In this document: positions 23,179-34,984 of the stretch, in pieces
Layout: each line of letters starts with the position of its first letter
How positions within the stretch are numbered: position 1 is the stretch's first letter
Assembly (NCBI RefSeq): GCF_041886205.1
Contig: NZ_CP169029.1
Direction: 5' to 3' (one strand)
Length of the DNA: 64,000 nt
From: Escherichia coli
GTDB lineage: Bacteria > Pseudomonadota > Gammaproteobacteria > Enterobacterales > Enterobacteriaceae
Made by a program: the position numbers and the translations under genes
Notes under the pieces: model-generated
The model's input: the letters and a program-made list of their open reading frames with translations, nothing else
Told to the model about the DNA's origin: nothing
The model's database searches: none

Positions 23179-24723
23179 ATGGATGTCATTAAAAAGAAAC
23201 ATTGGTGGCAAAGCGACGCGCTGAAATGGTCAGTGTTAGGTCTGCTCGGCCTGCTGGTGGGTTACCTTGTTGTTTTAATGTACGCACAAGGGGAATACCT
23301 GTTCGCCATTACCACGCTGATATTGAGTTCAGCGGGGCTGTATATTTTCGCCAATCGTAAAGCCTACGCCTGGCGCTATGTTTACCCGGGAATGGCTGGA
23401 ATGGGATTATTCGTCCTCTTCCCTCTGGTCTGCACCATCGCCATTGCCTTCACCAACTACAGCAGCACTAACCAGCTGACTTTTGAACGTGCGCAGGAAG
23501 TGTTGTTAGATCGTTCCTGGCAAGCAGGCAAAACCTATAACTTTGGTCTTTACCCGGCGGGCGATGAGTGGCAACTGGCGCTCAGCGACGGCGAAACCGG
23601 CAAAAATTACCTCTCCGACGCTTTTAAATTTGGCGGCGAGCAAAAACTGCAACTGAAAGAAACGACCGCCCAGCCCGAAGGCGAACGCGCGAATCTGCGC
23701 GTGATTACCCAGAATCGTCAGGCGCTGAGTGACATTACCGCCATTCTGCCGGATGGCAACAAAGTGATGATGAGCTCCCTGCGCCAGTTTTCTGGCACGC
23801 AGCCGCTCTACACACTCGACGGTGACGGCACGTTGACGAATAATCAGAGCGGCGTGAAATATCGTCCGAATAACCAAATTGGCTTTTACCAGTCCATTAC
23901 CGCCGACGGCAACTGGGGTGATGAAAAGCTAAGCCCCGGTTACACCGTGACCACCGGCTGGAAAAACTTTACCCGCGTCTTCACCGACGAAGGCATTCAG
24001 AAACCGTTCCTCGCCATTTTCGTCTGGACCGTGGTGTTTTCACTGATCACCGTCTTTTTAACGGTGGCGGTCGGCATGGTTCTGGCGTGTCTGGTGCAGT
24101 GGGAAGCGTTGCGCGGCAAAGCGGTCTATCGCGTCCTGCTGATTCTGCCCTACGCGGTGCCATCGTTCATTTCAATCTTGATTTTCAAAGGGTTGTTTAA
24201 CCAGAGCTTCGGTGAAATCAACATGATGTTGAGCGCGCTGTTTGGCGTGAAGCCCGCCTGGTTCAGCGATCCGACCACCGCCCGCACGATGCTAATTATC
24301 GTCAATACCTGGCTGGGTTATCCGTACATGATGATCCTCTGCATGGGCTTGCTGAAAGCGATTCCGGACGATTTGTATGAAGCCTCAGCAATGGATGGCG
24401 CAGGTCCGTTCCAGAACTTCTTTAAGATTACGCTGCCGCTGCTGATTAAACCGCTGACGCCGCTGATGATCGCCAGCTTCGCCTTTAACTTTAACAACTT
24501 CGTGCTGATTCAACTGTTAACCAACGGCGGCCCGGATCGTCTTGGCACGACCACGCCAGCCGGTTATACCGACCTGCTTGTTAACTACACCTACCGCATC
24601 GCTTTTGAAGGCGGCGGGGGTCAGGACTTCGGTCTGGCGGCAGCAATTGCCACGCTGATCTTCCTGCTGGTGGGTGCGCTGGCGATAGTGAACCTGAAAG
24701 CCACGCGAATGAAGTTTGATTAA
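23179..24723 (+). CDS. malF: Maltose transporter permease MalF
   Basis: Translation from [17 protein letters not shown]... (514 aa) matches MalF. Confidence 0.95.
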
Positions 24724-24737
24724 GGGAGATAACAAAA

Positions 24738-25628
24738 ATGGCAATGGTCCAACCGAAATCGCAAAAAACACGTTTGTTTATTACTCACCTGCTACTGCTA
24801 CTTTTTATCGCGGCGATTATGTTCCCGCTGCTGATGGTCGTCGCTATCTCACTGCGCCAGGGGAACTTCGCGACTGGCAGCCTGATCCCGGAGCAAATCT
24901 CCTGGGATCACTGGAAACTGGCGTTAGGTTTTAGCGTGGAACAGGCTGATGGTCGCATTACGCCACCGCCATTTCCGGTACTGCTGTGGCTGTGGAACTC
25001 GGTAAAGGTCGCCGGGATTTCCGCGATTGGCATTGTGGCGCTCTCCACCACCTGCGCCTACGCTTTCGCCCGTATGCGCTTTCCAGGCAAAGCGACGCTG
25101 CTGAAAGGAATGCTAATTTTCCAGATGTTCCCGGCAGTACTTTCACTGGTCGCGTTGTATGCGTTGTTTGATCGTCTGGGTGAGTACATTCCATTCATTG
25201 GCCTGAATACTCACGGCGGCGTAATTTTCGCGTATCTGGGTGGGATTGCGCTGCACGTCTGGACCATCAAAGGCTATTTCGAAACCATCGACAGTTCTCT
25301 GGAAGAAGCGGCGGCGCTGGATGGTGCGACACCGTGGCAGGCCTTCCGCCTTGTCTTGTTGCCGCTGTCAGTACCGATTCTGGCGGTGGTGTTCATCCTG
25401 TCGTTTATCGCTGCCATTACTGAAGTTCCGGTCGCGTCGCTGTTACTGCGTGACGTAAATAGCTACACCCTGGCCGTGGGGATGCAGCAATACCTCAACC
25501 CGCAAAACTACCTGTGGGGTGACTTTGCCGCCGCTGCCGTGATGTCTGCATTACCGATCACCATCGTCTTCTTGCTGGCTCAACGCTGGCTGGTCAACGG
25601 CCTGACGGCAGGTGGTGTGAAAGGTTAA
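24738..25628 (+). CDS. malG: Maltose transporter permease MalG
   Basis: 296-aa translation matches MalG. Confidence 0.95.
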   Translation: MAMVQPKSQKTRLFITHLLLLLFIAAIMFPLLMVVAISLRQGNFATGSLIPEQISWDHWKLALGFSVEQADGRITPPPFPVLLWLWNSVKVAGISAIGIVALSTTCAYAFARMRFPGKATLLKGMLIFQMFPAVLSLVALYALFDRLGEYIPFIGLNTHGGVIFAYLGGIALHVWTIKGYFETIDSSLEEAAALDGATPWQAFRLVLLPLSVPILAVVFILSFIAAITEVPVASLLLRDVNSYTLAVGMQQYLNPQNYLWGDFAAAAVMSALPITIVFLLAQRWLVNGLTAGGVKG

Positions 25629-25724
25629 AGATGTTGTTCTGCCAATGTTATGCCGCTGCACCCTCAACTTACGTTATCCCAACTTGTGACTGTTATTCGG
25701 CGCTCCACGGAGCGCCTTTTTTTC
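25629..25724 (+). ncRNA. malG 3'UTR-derived sRNA (MalH-like) ending at the malG terminator
   Basis: 3'UTR with terminator hairpin ggcgctccacggagcgcc plus T7 at 25699-25723; assignment to MalH rests on recall of the literature. Confidence 0.35.
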
Positions 25725-25999
25725 TTTCGTCTGCAATCTGAATCGTTCGCCGGTTAATATTTCCATCATAGAGCTTATTATTTTTACGTTATTTTTTTTC
25801 CCGCTTACGATAATTCTCTTTCGTGCTCTGAGTCACGGCAATAGTATTGTTTTCATCAATTTTTGATAATTATCACAATTAAGATCACAGAAAAGACATT
25901 ACGTAAACGCATTGTAAAAAATGATAATTGCCTTAACTGACTGACAATTCCAACATCAATGCACTGATAAAAGATCAGAATGGTCTAAGGCAGGTCTGA

Positions 26000-27475
26000 A
26001 TGAATACCCAGTATAATTCCAGTTATATATTTTCGATTACCTTAGTCGCTACATTAGGTGGTTTATTATTTGGCTACGACACCGCCGTTATTTCCGGTAC
26101 TGTTGAGTCACTCAATACCGTCTTTGTTGCTCCACAAAACTTAAGTGAATCCGCTGCCAACTCCCTGTTAGGGTTTTGCGTAGCCAGCGCTCTGATTGGT
26201 TGCATCATCGGCGGTGCCCTCGGTGGTTATTGCAGTAACCGCTTCGGTCGTCGTGATTCACTTAAGATTGCTGCTGTCCTGTTTTTTATTTCTGGTGTAG
26301 GTTCTGCCTGGCCAGAACTTGGTTTTACCGCTATAAACCCGGACAACACAGTGCCTGTTTATCTGGCAGGTTATGTCCCGGAATTTGTTATTTATCGTAT
26401 TATTGGCGGTATTGGCGTTGGTTTAGCCTCAATGCTTTCACCAATGTATATTGCGGAACTTGCTCCTGCTCATATTCGCGGGAAACTGGTTTCATTTAAC
26501 CAGTTTGCAATTATTTTCGGGCAACTTTTAGTTTACTGCGTAAACTATTTTATTGCCCGTTCCGGTGATGCCAGCTGGCTGAATACTGACGGCTGGCGTT
26601 ATATGTTTGCCTCGGAATGTATCCCTGCACTGCTGTTCTTAATGCTGCTGTATACCGTGCCAGAAAGTCCTCGCTGGCTGATGTCACGCGGCAAGCAAGA
26701 ACAGGCGGAAGGTATCCTGCGCAAAATTATGGGCAACACGCTTGCAACTCAGGCAGTACAGGAAATTAAACACTCCCTGGATCATGGCCGCAAAACCGGT
26801 GGTCGTCTGCTGATGTTTGGCGTGGGCGTGATTGTAATCGGCGTTATGCTCTCCATCTTCCAGCAATTTGTCGGCATCAATGTGGTGCTGTACTACGCGC
26901 CGGAAGTGTTCAAAACGCTGGGGGCCAGCACGGATATCGCGCTGTTGCAGACCATTATTGTCGGAGTTATCAACCTCACCTTCACCGTTCTGGCAATTAT
27001 GACGGTGGATAAATTTGGTCGTAAGCCACTGCAAATTATCGGCGCACTCGGAATGGCAATCGGTATGTTTAGCCTCGGTACCGCGTTTTACACTCAGGCA
27101 CCGGGTATTGTGGCGCTACTGTCGATGCTGTTCTATGTTGCTGCCTTTGCCATGTCCTGGGGTCCGGTATGCTGGGTACTGCTGTCGGAAATCTTCCCGA
27201 ATGCTATTCGTGGTAAAGCGCTGGCAATCGCGGTGGCGGCCCAGTGGCTGGCGAACTACTTCGTCTCCTGGACCTTCCCGATGATGGACAAAAACTCCTG
27301 GCTGGTGGCCCATTTCCACAACGGTTTCTCCTACTGGATTTACGGTTGTATGGGCGTTATGGCAGCACTGTTTATGTGGAAATTTGTCCCGGAAACCAAA
27401 GGTAAAACCCTTGAGGAGCTGGAAGCCCTCTGGGAACCGGAAACGAAGAAAACACAACAAACTGCTACGCTGTAA
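26000..27475 (+). CDS. xylE: D-xylose:proton symporter (MFS)
   Basis: 491-aa translation matches XylE. Confidence 0.95.
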   Translation: MNTQYNSSYIFSITLVATLGGLLFGYDTAVISGTVESLNTVFVAPQNLSESAANSLLGFCVASALIGCIIGGALGGYCSNRFGRRDSLKIAAVLFFISGVGSAWPELGFTAINPDNTVPVYLAGYVPEFVIYRIIGGIGVGLASMLSPMYIAELAPAHIRGKLVSFNQFAIIFGQLLVYCVNYFIARSGDASWLNTDGWRYMFASECIPALLFLMLLYTVPESPRWLMSRGKQEQAEGILRKIMGNTLATQAVQEIKHSLDHGRKTGGRLLMFGVGVIVIGVMLSIFQQFVGINVVLYYAPEVFKTLGASTDIALLQTIIVGVINLTFTVLAIMTVDKFGRKPLQIIGALGMAIGMFSLGTAFYTQAPGIVALLSMLFYVAAFAMSWGPVCWVLLSEIFPNAIRGKALAIAVAAQWLANYFVSWTFPMMDKNSWLVAHFHNGFSYWIYGCMGVMAALFMWKFVPETKGKTLEELEALWEPETKKTQQTATL

Positions 27476-27485
27476 TCTTCCTGTC

Positions 27486-27521
27486 CAGCACGCCGCGCCA
27501 GTTCGGCGTGCTGTCTTTTTA
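27486..27521. terminator. Rho-independent terminator between convergent xylE and psiE
   Basis: Hairpin cagcacgccg...cggcgtgctg followed by tcttttt. Confidence 0.65.
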
Positions 27522-27929
27522 CTCCCGCTTCAGCCGTTTCGAATTACACAGCCACAGGGTGATCACCAGTAACAGGATCGCAGCCGAGTAGATCAACACA
27601 TCCAGTGGCGATTTATGATCGACGATGATCAAGCGCACAATGGCGGTGATCCCAATATAGACAAAGTAACGTAGCGGGAAGTGAAAACCGGACTGAAAGT
27701 ATTTCACAATCAGCGCGATAAATTCGAAATAGAGAAAGTAAACCACCAGTCCTTCTACCAGCTCATATTTGCTGGTTTGTTCTGGCGCGAATAGCACATC
27801 AGCCAGATGCACCGTTTCTTTGCCGAGGAAGACAACCAAAATCAGGCCGAGGCACAACAGGCCAAGATTGAGTACGGTCTGCAAAATGGTGGAGACAAAC
27901 TCCACGCGCGGACGAGAGAGTGACGTCAT
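27519..27929 (-). CDS. psiE: Phosphate-starvation-inducible protein PsiE
   Basis: 136-aa translation matches PsiE. Confidence 0.93.
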   Translation of the reverse strand: MTSLSRPRVEFVSTILQTVLNLGLLCLGLILVVFLGKETVHLADVLFAPEQTSKYELVEGLVVYFLYFEFIALIVKYFQSGFHFPLRYFVYIGITAIVRLIIVDHKSPLDVLIYSAAILLLVITLWLCNSKRLKRE

Positions 27930-28049
27930 AGCAGTACCTCCTTCACAGTGGCGAGCTTCCTGTATAACGCAAAAATGTGACGGAGATCTATATTTTTTGT
28001 GTATGTTTTGTTCAATCTGGATTTGGAGCGCGCCTCCACCAAAGCCGGA

Positions 28050-28110
28050 TATACCTACCCGTAGGCCGGATAAGCCGCGTCTGGCGGCGCATCCGGCAAG
28101 ACAAACCGCA
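28050..28110. repeat. REP element
   Basis: gtaggccggataagccgcg...gcgcatccggcaag. Confidence 0.6.
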
Positions 28111-28198
28111 CCAAAGCCGGTAATTCAAAAATCACCCATTCAGGTGATTCCCAGCCACCAGCAATGCGCGAAAAATCGACAGTGTTCCTCTGGAACAA

Positions 28199-28477
28199 AT
28201 GAAACGTAACCTGATAAAGGTGGTAAAAATGAAGCCTTATTTTGCTGCTTTGATGTTATCAGTCTCTGTTCTTCCTGCTTATGCTGGTCCGCTCGGTACT
28301 GCTGATAAAGCCGACCTACCGCAAAGCAATGTCTCCAGCCCAATGATGGCCCAGTCGCTCAGGCAACCAGATCTGCAACCGATATCGACGGACAGGAAGA
28401 CAGAATGTTTTCGCCTTTACACACCAGATCGCAAACCGGGGGTGAACTGCGTTCCTGATGGCTCAACAGGCCATTAA
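28199..28477 (+). CDS. yjbT: Small secreted protein YjbT
   Basis: 92-aa ORF with signal-peptide-like segment MKPYFAALMLSVSVLPAYA; position between yjbH and psiE as in K-12. Confidence 0.75.
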   Translation: MKRNLIKVVKMKPYFAALMLSVSVLPAYAGPLGTADKADLPQSNVSSPMMAQSLRQPDLQPISTDRKTECFRLYTPDRKPGVNCVPDGSTGH

Positions 28478-28523
28478 GAATGAGGGTGCCAGTGATTGCG
28501 AAAACTGGCACCTTTCCCATGAC

Positions 28524-30620
28524 TTAGCGGAAATTGACGCTACGGTCGCTGGTCATGTCATACAACTGAAACTTACGCCCAAGTTGCTGACCACCGTCAC
28601 GCGTCAGCGGCGTCCAGCCAATTGCCGCACGGCTGCGTGTCGGGCCAGACGAGAAGAGATCCAGCGGTACAGAGACATACACGCCTTTGGTGAAGTCCCC
28701 TTCGCCGTACTCCTCTTTTGAAACATTCGTGATCGTGGCATAGCCGCCCACCACCACGCCGCTATCAAAGCGTTTGGCGATCTCCAGCGTGCCGCCTTTA
28801 TCCCCTGCCAGATACTGCCCGACGCTGGCTTTCACTAACACGTCCTGGGCGAAAGATGGCGTCCAGTAGGCGGTCAGATGTCCGGTTTTCACGCTGTAGT
28901 CGGTGAATTTCATCATATCTTTTGCACTACGCCAGTCGCGCTGTTTAACGTAGTTGGCATCCAGACCAAACGCCCAGTTACTGTCCAGCGGACGATACAA
29001 CACTTCGGCCCCCGCACCGCCAAACATGGTTTCGAGATAACCTCCATAGACCTGACCGTAGAAGCCGTTGCCCAGATGCTGGAAGTAGTTGGCTTGCAGG
29101 TTATTCACATAGACATCGTTCTGCACATACTCGCGCACATGGGTACGAACGCGCGGTAAGTGCGAGTCCTGCGGTGGATTGGTGTAGTTAAACTTGTCGT
29201 AGTTGTTGGCAAGATTTACAAACAGGCTGCCGGTGGTCAGTAGATGGTCCGTCAGCCACAAATCTGCCGTTCCCATCACGCCCAGCTGATACATGTAAAA
29301 GTTTTCCGGGCCACCGACCGACTGGTTCAGCACCGGATCGATATGGAAATCAAAGCGCGATTTGTCGATATACCAGCCCTGCTCGGTGGACTTCGGAACC
29401 ACTGGCTCGACGCGTTTTTGCGCCAGCGTCGTTTCGTGGCCCAACGGCTCTCCGGCGAGATGATTTTTCAGGCTGACGACATCGGTTTCCGTCGTCACCT
29501 GCGGCATGTTAAGGCGATTTTCCGTAACGCGGATCGTTTTGATCCCATCCGGCAGATCATTCATCACGATCCGATTCGCACGGATGATCCCTTCGCGCGA
29601 ATCACGATATTTCACCTGCTCGCCGGTAACATACAGCGTATCGCCTTTCGCCTGGATCTGCGGATCGGCAAGTCCGGCGTTGTATTTCAGCAACGTTAAC
29701 TGATTCGCCACCACCGAATGCTGCAAAATGGCATCCTGCGGCTGCGGTTGATATTGCGGGCGGGCGTTATCGATGTAGGACTGGCGCAGATCGTTAAAGT
29801 TGGTGCGCAGCGTGACGCCAAACATAAAGGTGTTGCCACGTTCATAGCTAAGGTTAACGTCGGCCCAATTGGTAACGCGATAAATCGCACCGACGTTAAA
29901 CTTACTTTTTTGCTCCAGCTTCCCGGCAAAATCCTGCTGATAATTATTGCCTTCATACTCCAGTTTCAGGCGCAGCGGTTGCCAGGGCGTCTGGTATTCC
30001 ACGCCGCCAAACAGTGAGGCAGGACCGTGGAACATCTGGCTACCGTCGATAGATCCCGCCTGTTTGTAGCTGTTATCGCGATAGCAATATTTATCACTGG
30101 CTGAACAGAGCGGATTTTTCACATTACCGCTGGTGCCCAGATATCCCCAGCCCAGACCGAGCGTAAAATCGAACGGCCCCCAGGCTTTGCTGGCAACAAG
30201 ATATTCCGCATCAAACAGCCCCGTACCGCCGATATCCCTCGCACCAACCGCCACTTGCGGCAGCCAGTAACTCTCTTCCCACAAACGCAGTTTGAGATCG
30301 AAGGCTTTATCTTTATACGTTTGATCGCCAGAGAACGCTTCGACGCTGCTGTACTGCCGGGTGCGCACGTCGGTGTAGCGCAGTGTTGTTTCCAGCCACG
30401 GGAAGAGTTGCACTGAAGCTGAGTAATAACGGTACTGATCGTTATCGCGATAGTTCAGACTCAACTCCCCTTCCCGCGCCATGCGTGCGGTGGGCGTTTG
30501 TAATAATCCTACGCCACCGAAATCCGACTGCGACGGACCAATGGGCGCAGGATATGTTTCGCCGTAGCAAGCTGTGCTAATGCCCAGCGCCAGTAAGCTA
30601 AGCAGATGTCTTTTTTTCAT
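28524..30620 (-). CDS. yjbH: YjbH outer-membrane protein of the yjbEFGH exopolysaccharide-associated operon
   Basis: 698-aa translation with signal peptide; matches YjbH. Confidence 0.9.
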   Translation of the reverse strand: MKKRHLLSLLALGISTACYGETYPAPIGPSQSDFGGVGLLQTPTARMAREGELSLNYRDNDQYRYYSASVQLFPWLETTLRYTDVRTRQYSSVEAFSGDQTYKDKAFDLKLRLWEESYWLPQVAVGARDIGGTGLFDAEYLVASKAWGPFDFTLGLGWGYLGTSGNVKNPLCSASDKYCYRDNSYKQAGSIDGSQMFHGPASLFGGVEYQTPWQPLRLKLEYEGNNYQQDFAGKLEQKSKFNVGAIYRVTNWADVNLSYERGNTFMFGVTLRTNFNDLRQSYIDNARPQYQPQPQDAILQHSVVANQLTLLKYNAGLADPQIQAKGDTLYVTGEQVKYRDSREGIIRANRIVMNDLPDGIKTIRVTENRLNMPQVTTETDVVSLKNHLAGEPLGHETTLAQKRVEPVVPKSTEQGWYIDKSRFDFHIDPVLNQSVGGPENFYMYQLGVMGTADLWLTDHLLTTGSLFVNLANNYDKFNYTNPPQDSHLPRVRTHVREYVQNDVYVNNLQANYFQHLGNGFYGQVYGGYLETMFGGAGAEVLYRPLDSNWAFGLDANYVKQRDWRSAKDMMKFTDYSVKTGHLTAYWTPSFAQDVLVKASVGQYLAGDKGGTLEIAKRFDSGVVVGGYATITNVSKEEYGEGDFTKGVYVSVPLDLFSSGPTRSRAAIGWTPLTRDGGQQLGRKFQLYDMTSDRSVNFR

Positions 30621-31357
30621 TATTGAGGTATCCGCTGCGTCAGAGTCTGAAGAATGTCGGCGTTAAGGGCATCAGGCGTCTCACTCCAGACGGAGTCCGC
30701 GAGGCCAACATAAATAATGCTGCCGGGCATCGGCTCTACGTGACGCTTGTTCCAGTAAGCCACCGGCGCTTTTTGCGTGCGTCCGTCCGGGTAAACCACC
30801 CACGCGTAGCTGCGATCCGCACCGCTAAGCAGGTTCTGCCCGGAGAGATAGCTCGCCACGTCGCGACCTGGAGTGAATGGCTGCTTGCCAGGACGGCTGA
30901 TAAGCCCGAACAACGTGACCGTGGACGGCGGTGGTCCGACCCACAGCGTGTAGTTGCCCTGCAACGGTGGGTTACCGCGTTCGGCAACGCGCACGATATC
31001 GGGATCAAGATTGATTTTTTGCCTGCCCGTCACTTTCAACGCCTGAATTTGCTGGCGTAAGGCGTTAATGGCGGCGGCATCGTCGGCGCTGGAGTCTGCG
31101 GCCTGTTCAGCCAGCCGTGTCAGCAACGCCTGCTGCTGACGCAATGCTGCCGCCGTTGCCAGCTCTTCGCTAATCACCGCACCGGGCCACCAGCTGTTTG
31201 CCAGCCGCGGTTGGCCTACCAGATCGATTAAATGCTCTGCGCCTGTTAGTGTTTTGGCCTCACTGCTGCCATTGCTGAACACCTTGACGGTTCCTGCCGC
31301 GAAGACCGATGACGCTCCCACACTCAAAAGCAACGCGACAAAAGTTTGTTTAATCAT
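30620..31357 (-). CDS. yjbG: YjbG
   Basis: 245-aa translation with signal peptide; operon position. Confidence 0.9.
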   Translation of the reverse strand: MIKQTFVALLLSVGASSVFAAGTVKVFSNGSSEAKTLTGAEHLIDLVGQPRLANSWWPGAVISEELATAAALRQQQALLTRLAEQAADSSADDAAAINALRQQIQALKVTGRQKINLDPDIVRVAERGNPPLQGNYTLWVGPPPSTVTLFGLISRPGKQPFTPGRDVASYLSGQNLLSGADRSYAWVVYPDGRTQKAPVAYWNKRHVEPMPGSIIYVGLADSVWSETPDALNADILQTLTQRIPQ

Positions 31358-31992
31358 TGTTTTGCCGCCTTGATGAGAGTGGTTTTCACCGGGAAATAAT
31401 CCGCGCCGAGATACTGTTCCGACTGGCGAATTTGCCCTTCGCTGTCGATCCAGTAGCGGTTATGCCAGCGCGCCTGGTCGGTGGAGACTTCTTCGTCCAG
31501 CACGCGAACCGGGGTTTCATCGCTGCCGACCTTGACGGTATCGGTGCCATCCCATTTGAAGACTGAGCGTGCGGTGGCGTAGCGTACCTGCTGGTACTCG
31601 GTCCAGCCCATCGTGCGCGTCCATGTTGCACCATCAACAATTTGTGCGGGTTTAATCAGCGGGTCGGCGGCAAGGTTATTCACTTCAATCAGGTTGTCGC
31701 CGCCAAGCAAAGTCTTCACCAGACGACCATGTTGTGTGACAAGAGTGGCTTGATCCTGAGTGACCCATTTTTGTTGTCCGTCTTCAGCGAAGGCCAGCAC
31801 CACAAACAATTGCGGCCCGCCATTAAGCTGCATGTACTGGCTGGCGTAGGGCATATTTTGAATATCATCGTCCGTCAGCTGTACGCCTGGCGTACCGAAC
31901 AGACTGTCCCACAGTGAATTGCCCAGCTCTTTAGTCGTGGCTGAACAGGCCTGTAATAGCAGGCAGATAAGAATGAGTGCAGGTCGCTTCAC
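31354..31992 (-). CDS. yjbF: Lipoprotein YjbF
   Basis: GTG start at 31992 with GGAG SD gives 212 aa and a lipobox (LLQAC); the ORF-track start at 32022 is an extension. Confidence 0.85.
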   Translation of the reverse strand: MKRPALILICLLLQACSATTKELGNSLWDSLFGTPGVQLTDDDIQNMPYASQYMQLNGGPQLFVVLAFAEDGQQKWVTQDQATLVTQHGRLVKTLLGGDNLIEVNNLAADPLIKPAQIVDGATWTRTMGWTEYQQVRYATARSVFKWDGTDTVKVGSDETPVRVLDEEVSTDQARWHNRYWIDSEGQIRQSEQYLGADYFPVKTTLIKAAKQ

Positions 31993-32106
31993 GACTCTTC
32001 TCCAGAGGGGCAGAATAACCACACCGGAGTGTGGTTATGGTTAATCCCCTTCATATTTCAAGCCACAGATGCGATGACTCGAATTATTTTGGGGATACAT
32101 ACTTTA

Positions 32107-32349
32107 TTACTGGGTACTGGTGGTTGTGGTTGTGGTGGTCCCGGTATTAGAACCATCACCGCCACCGGTTGCCGCGAGCGCGACACCCACCGCCGAGCTT
32201 ACGGTGCTGACGCTGGTCGCGGAGGAACTCCCCGCCGAAACCGACGTTGCTGCCGACCCTGCCGCTTCGCCCACCTGTACAGGTGCAGCCCACGCAGAAG
32301 TCGCCGCAAGCGCAGATATGGCAAAAATGCCATACAGAACTTTTTTCAT
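32107..32349 (-). CDS. yjbE: YjbE, small Ser/Thr/Ala-rich secreted protein
   Basis: 80-aa translation with signal peptide and poly-Thr tail matches YjbE. Confidence 0.9.
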
Positions 32350-32736
32350 AACAATTTCCCTTCATTGAATGAATGGAGATTTACCCAAAAACATTTCGGG
32401 CGGGATCGAGTATACACAACTAAAGCATGCGAATTACGGCGCGGGGAATTAGCGATGGTGTTTTAGGATAATTGGAATGAATATCAAATATAAGTTTCAA
32501 CTTATATTTAAATAACAATAAAAATCATAAACTTAAAATAAAAACAAAAGTAATTAATCTGCGTATTCTCCGAAATAAACAACGATTAAAAATCTATTTT
32601 AGGATTAACCTCACGGTATGATTTCCGTTAAATCACAGACAAGGGGATTTATCTGATAAAACAATACCGACTTATTGTCGGCATTGTTTTTAAGGTTATT
32701 TAACTCCTCATACTATGCATTAATGTCGATATTGGC

Positions 32737-32795
<59 letters not shown>

Positions 32796-32810
32796 AGGCA
32801 CGCATGATGA

Positions 32811-34460
32811 TTAACCGCGCCACGCTTTATAGCGGTTAATCAGACCATTGGTCGAGCTATCGTGGCTGCTGATTTCTTTATCATCTTTCAGCTCTGGCAG
32901 AATACGGTTCGCCAGCTGTTTACCCAGTTCCACGCCCCACTGGTCGAAGGTGAAGATGTTCAGGATCACGCCCTGAGTAAAGATTTTGTGCTCATACAGC
33001 GCAATCAACGCACCCAGGCTGAACGGAGTGATTTCGCGCAGCAGGATAGAGTTGGTCGGGCGGTTACCTTCGAACACTTTGAACGGCACCACGTAGTCAA
33101 GCGTTGCCGGATCTTTACCCTGATCGCGATATTCCTGCTCAACCACTTCGCGGGATTTACCAAACGCCAGCGCTTCGGTCTGAGCAAAGAAGTTAGACAG
33201 CAGTTTCTGGTGATGATCAGAGAGCGGGTTATGGGTGATAGCCGGAGCGATGAAATCGCACGGTACCATTTTGGTTCCCTGGTGGATCAGCTGGTAGAAC
33301 GCGTGCTGACCGTTAGTGCCTGGTTCACCCCAGATAATCGGGCCAGTCTGGTAATCCACAACGTTACCGTTACGGTCAACATACTTACCGTTGGACTCCA
33401 TATTGCCCTGCTGGAAGTACGCCGCGAAACGGTGCATATACTGGTCATACGGCAGAATCGCTTCAGTTTCCGCACCAAAGAAATTGTTGTACCAGATGCC
33501 AATCAGCGCCAGCAGGACAGGCAGGTTTTTCTCGGCAGGCGTGGTGGAGAAATGCTTGTCCATCGCGTGTGCGCCAGAAAGCAGTTCAACGAAGTTATCA
33601 AAGCCGATGGAGAGAACAATCGACAGGCCAATCGCTGACCACAAAGAGCAACGGCCGCCAACCCAGTCCCAGAACTCGAACATGTTGGCAGTATCAATAC
33701 CAAACTCGCCAACGGCTTTGGCATTGGTGGAAAGCGCCGCAAAGTGTTTTGCAACGTGTTTTTCATCACCTGCCGCTTTCAGGAACCAGTCACGCGCGCT
33801 ATGGGCGTTGGTCATGGTTTCCTGAGTGGTGAAGGTTTTAGATGCTACCAGGAACAGCGTGGTTTCCGGGTTTACTTTTTTCAGCACTTCCGCGATGTGA
33901 GTCCCATCGACGTTAGAAACAAAGTGCATGTTCAGGTGGTTTTTGTACGGACGCAGAGCTTCGGTCACCATGTATGGGCCGAGGTCAGAACCGCCGATCC
34001 CGATGTTCACTACGTCAGTGATTGCTTTGCCGGTATAACCCTTCCACTCACCGGAAATAATCGCTTCTGAGAAGGTTTTCATCTTCTCCAGCACCGCGTT
34101 GACTTCCGGCATTACGTCTTTGCCATCAACCAGAATCGGGGTATTGCTACGGTTACGCAGCGCTACGTGCAGCACGGCACGGTTTTCAGTGCGGTTGATC
34201 TTCTCGCCAGAGAACATCGACTTAATCGCGCCCGCCAGATCGCACTCTTTCGCCAGATCTTGTAATTTCGCCAGCGTCTCTTCAGTGATGCGGTTTTTGG
34301 AGTAATCCACCAGCATCTGATCGTCGAATGTTGCGGAGAACTTAGAAAAACGATCGCCGTCTTTAGCAAAAAGATCGGCGATCGTAACGTCTTTCATTTC
34401 ATCGAAGTGTTTCTGTAGTGCCTGCCAGGCAGCGGTCTGCGTTGGATTGATGTTTTTCAT
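32811..34460 (-). CDS. pgi: Glucose-6-phosphate isomerase
   Basis: Translation from [19 protein letters not shown]... (549 aa) matches Pgi. Confidence 0.97.
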   Translation of the reverse strand: MKNINPTQTAAWQALQKHFDEMKDVTIADLFAKDGDRFSKFSATFDDQMLVDYSKNRITEETLAKLQDLAKECDLAGAIKSMFSGEKINRTENRAVLHVALRNRSNTPILVDGKDVMPEVNAVLEKMKTFSEAIISGEWKGYTGKAITDVVNIGIGGSDLGPYMVTEALRPYKNHLNMHFVSNVDGTHIAEVLKKVNPETTLFLVASKTFTTQETMTNAHSARDWFLKAAGDEKHVAKHFAALSTNAKAVGEFGIDTANMFEFWDWVGGRCSLWSAIGLSIVLSIGFDNFVELLSGAHAMDKHFSTTPAEKNLPVLLALIGIWYNNFFGAETEAILPYDQYMHRFAAYFQQGNMESNGKYVDRNGNVVDYQTGPIIWGEPGTNGQHAFYQLIHQGTKMVPCDFIAPAITHNPLSDHHQKLLSNFFAQTEALAFGKSREVVEQEYRDQGKDPATLDYVVPFKVFEGNRPTNSILLREITPFSLGALIALYEHKIFTQGVILNIFTFDQWGVELGKQLANRILPELKDDKEISSHDSSTNGLINRYKAWRG

Positions 34461-34719
34461 TAGCAATACTCTTCTGATTTTGAGAATTGTGACTTTGGAA
34501 GATTGTAGCGCCAGTCACAGAAAAATGTGATGGTTTTAGTGCCGTTAGCGTAATGTTGAGTGTAAACCCTTAGCGCAGTGAAGCATTTATTAGCTGAACT
34601 ACTGATCGCCAGGAGTGGATGAAAAATCCGCATGACCCCATCGTTGACAACCGCCCCGCTCACCCTTTATTTATAAATGTACTACCTGCGCTAGCGCAGG
34701 CCAGAAGAGGCGCGTTGCC

Positions 34720-34970
34720 CAAGTAACGGTGTTGGAGGAGCCAGTCCTGTGATAACACCTGAGGGGGTGCATCGCCGAGGTGATTGAACGGCTGGCCACG
34801 TTCATCATCGGCTACAGGGGCTGAATCCCCTGGGTTGTCACCAGAAGCGTTCGCAGTCGGGCGTTTCGCAAGTGGTGGAGCACTTCTGGGTGAAAATAGT
34901 AGCGAAGTATCGCTCTGCGCCCACCCGTCTTCCGCTCTTCCCTTGTGCCAAGGCTGAAAATGGATCCCCT
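34720..34970 (+). promoter_or_regulatory. lysC leader containing the lysine riboswitch (L-box)
   Basis: Long structured 5' leader immediately upstream of lysC, the known position of the E. coli lysine riboswitch; boundaries approximate. Confidence 0.6.
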
Positions 34971-34984
34971 GACACGAGGTAGTT

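Noticed and set aside
32120-32368. 82-aa plus-strand ORF with poly-Val run
   Set aside because: Antisense image of the poly-Thr stretch of yjbE.
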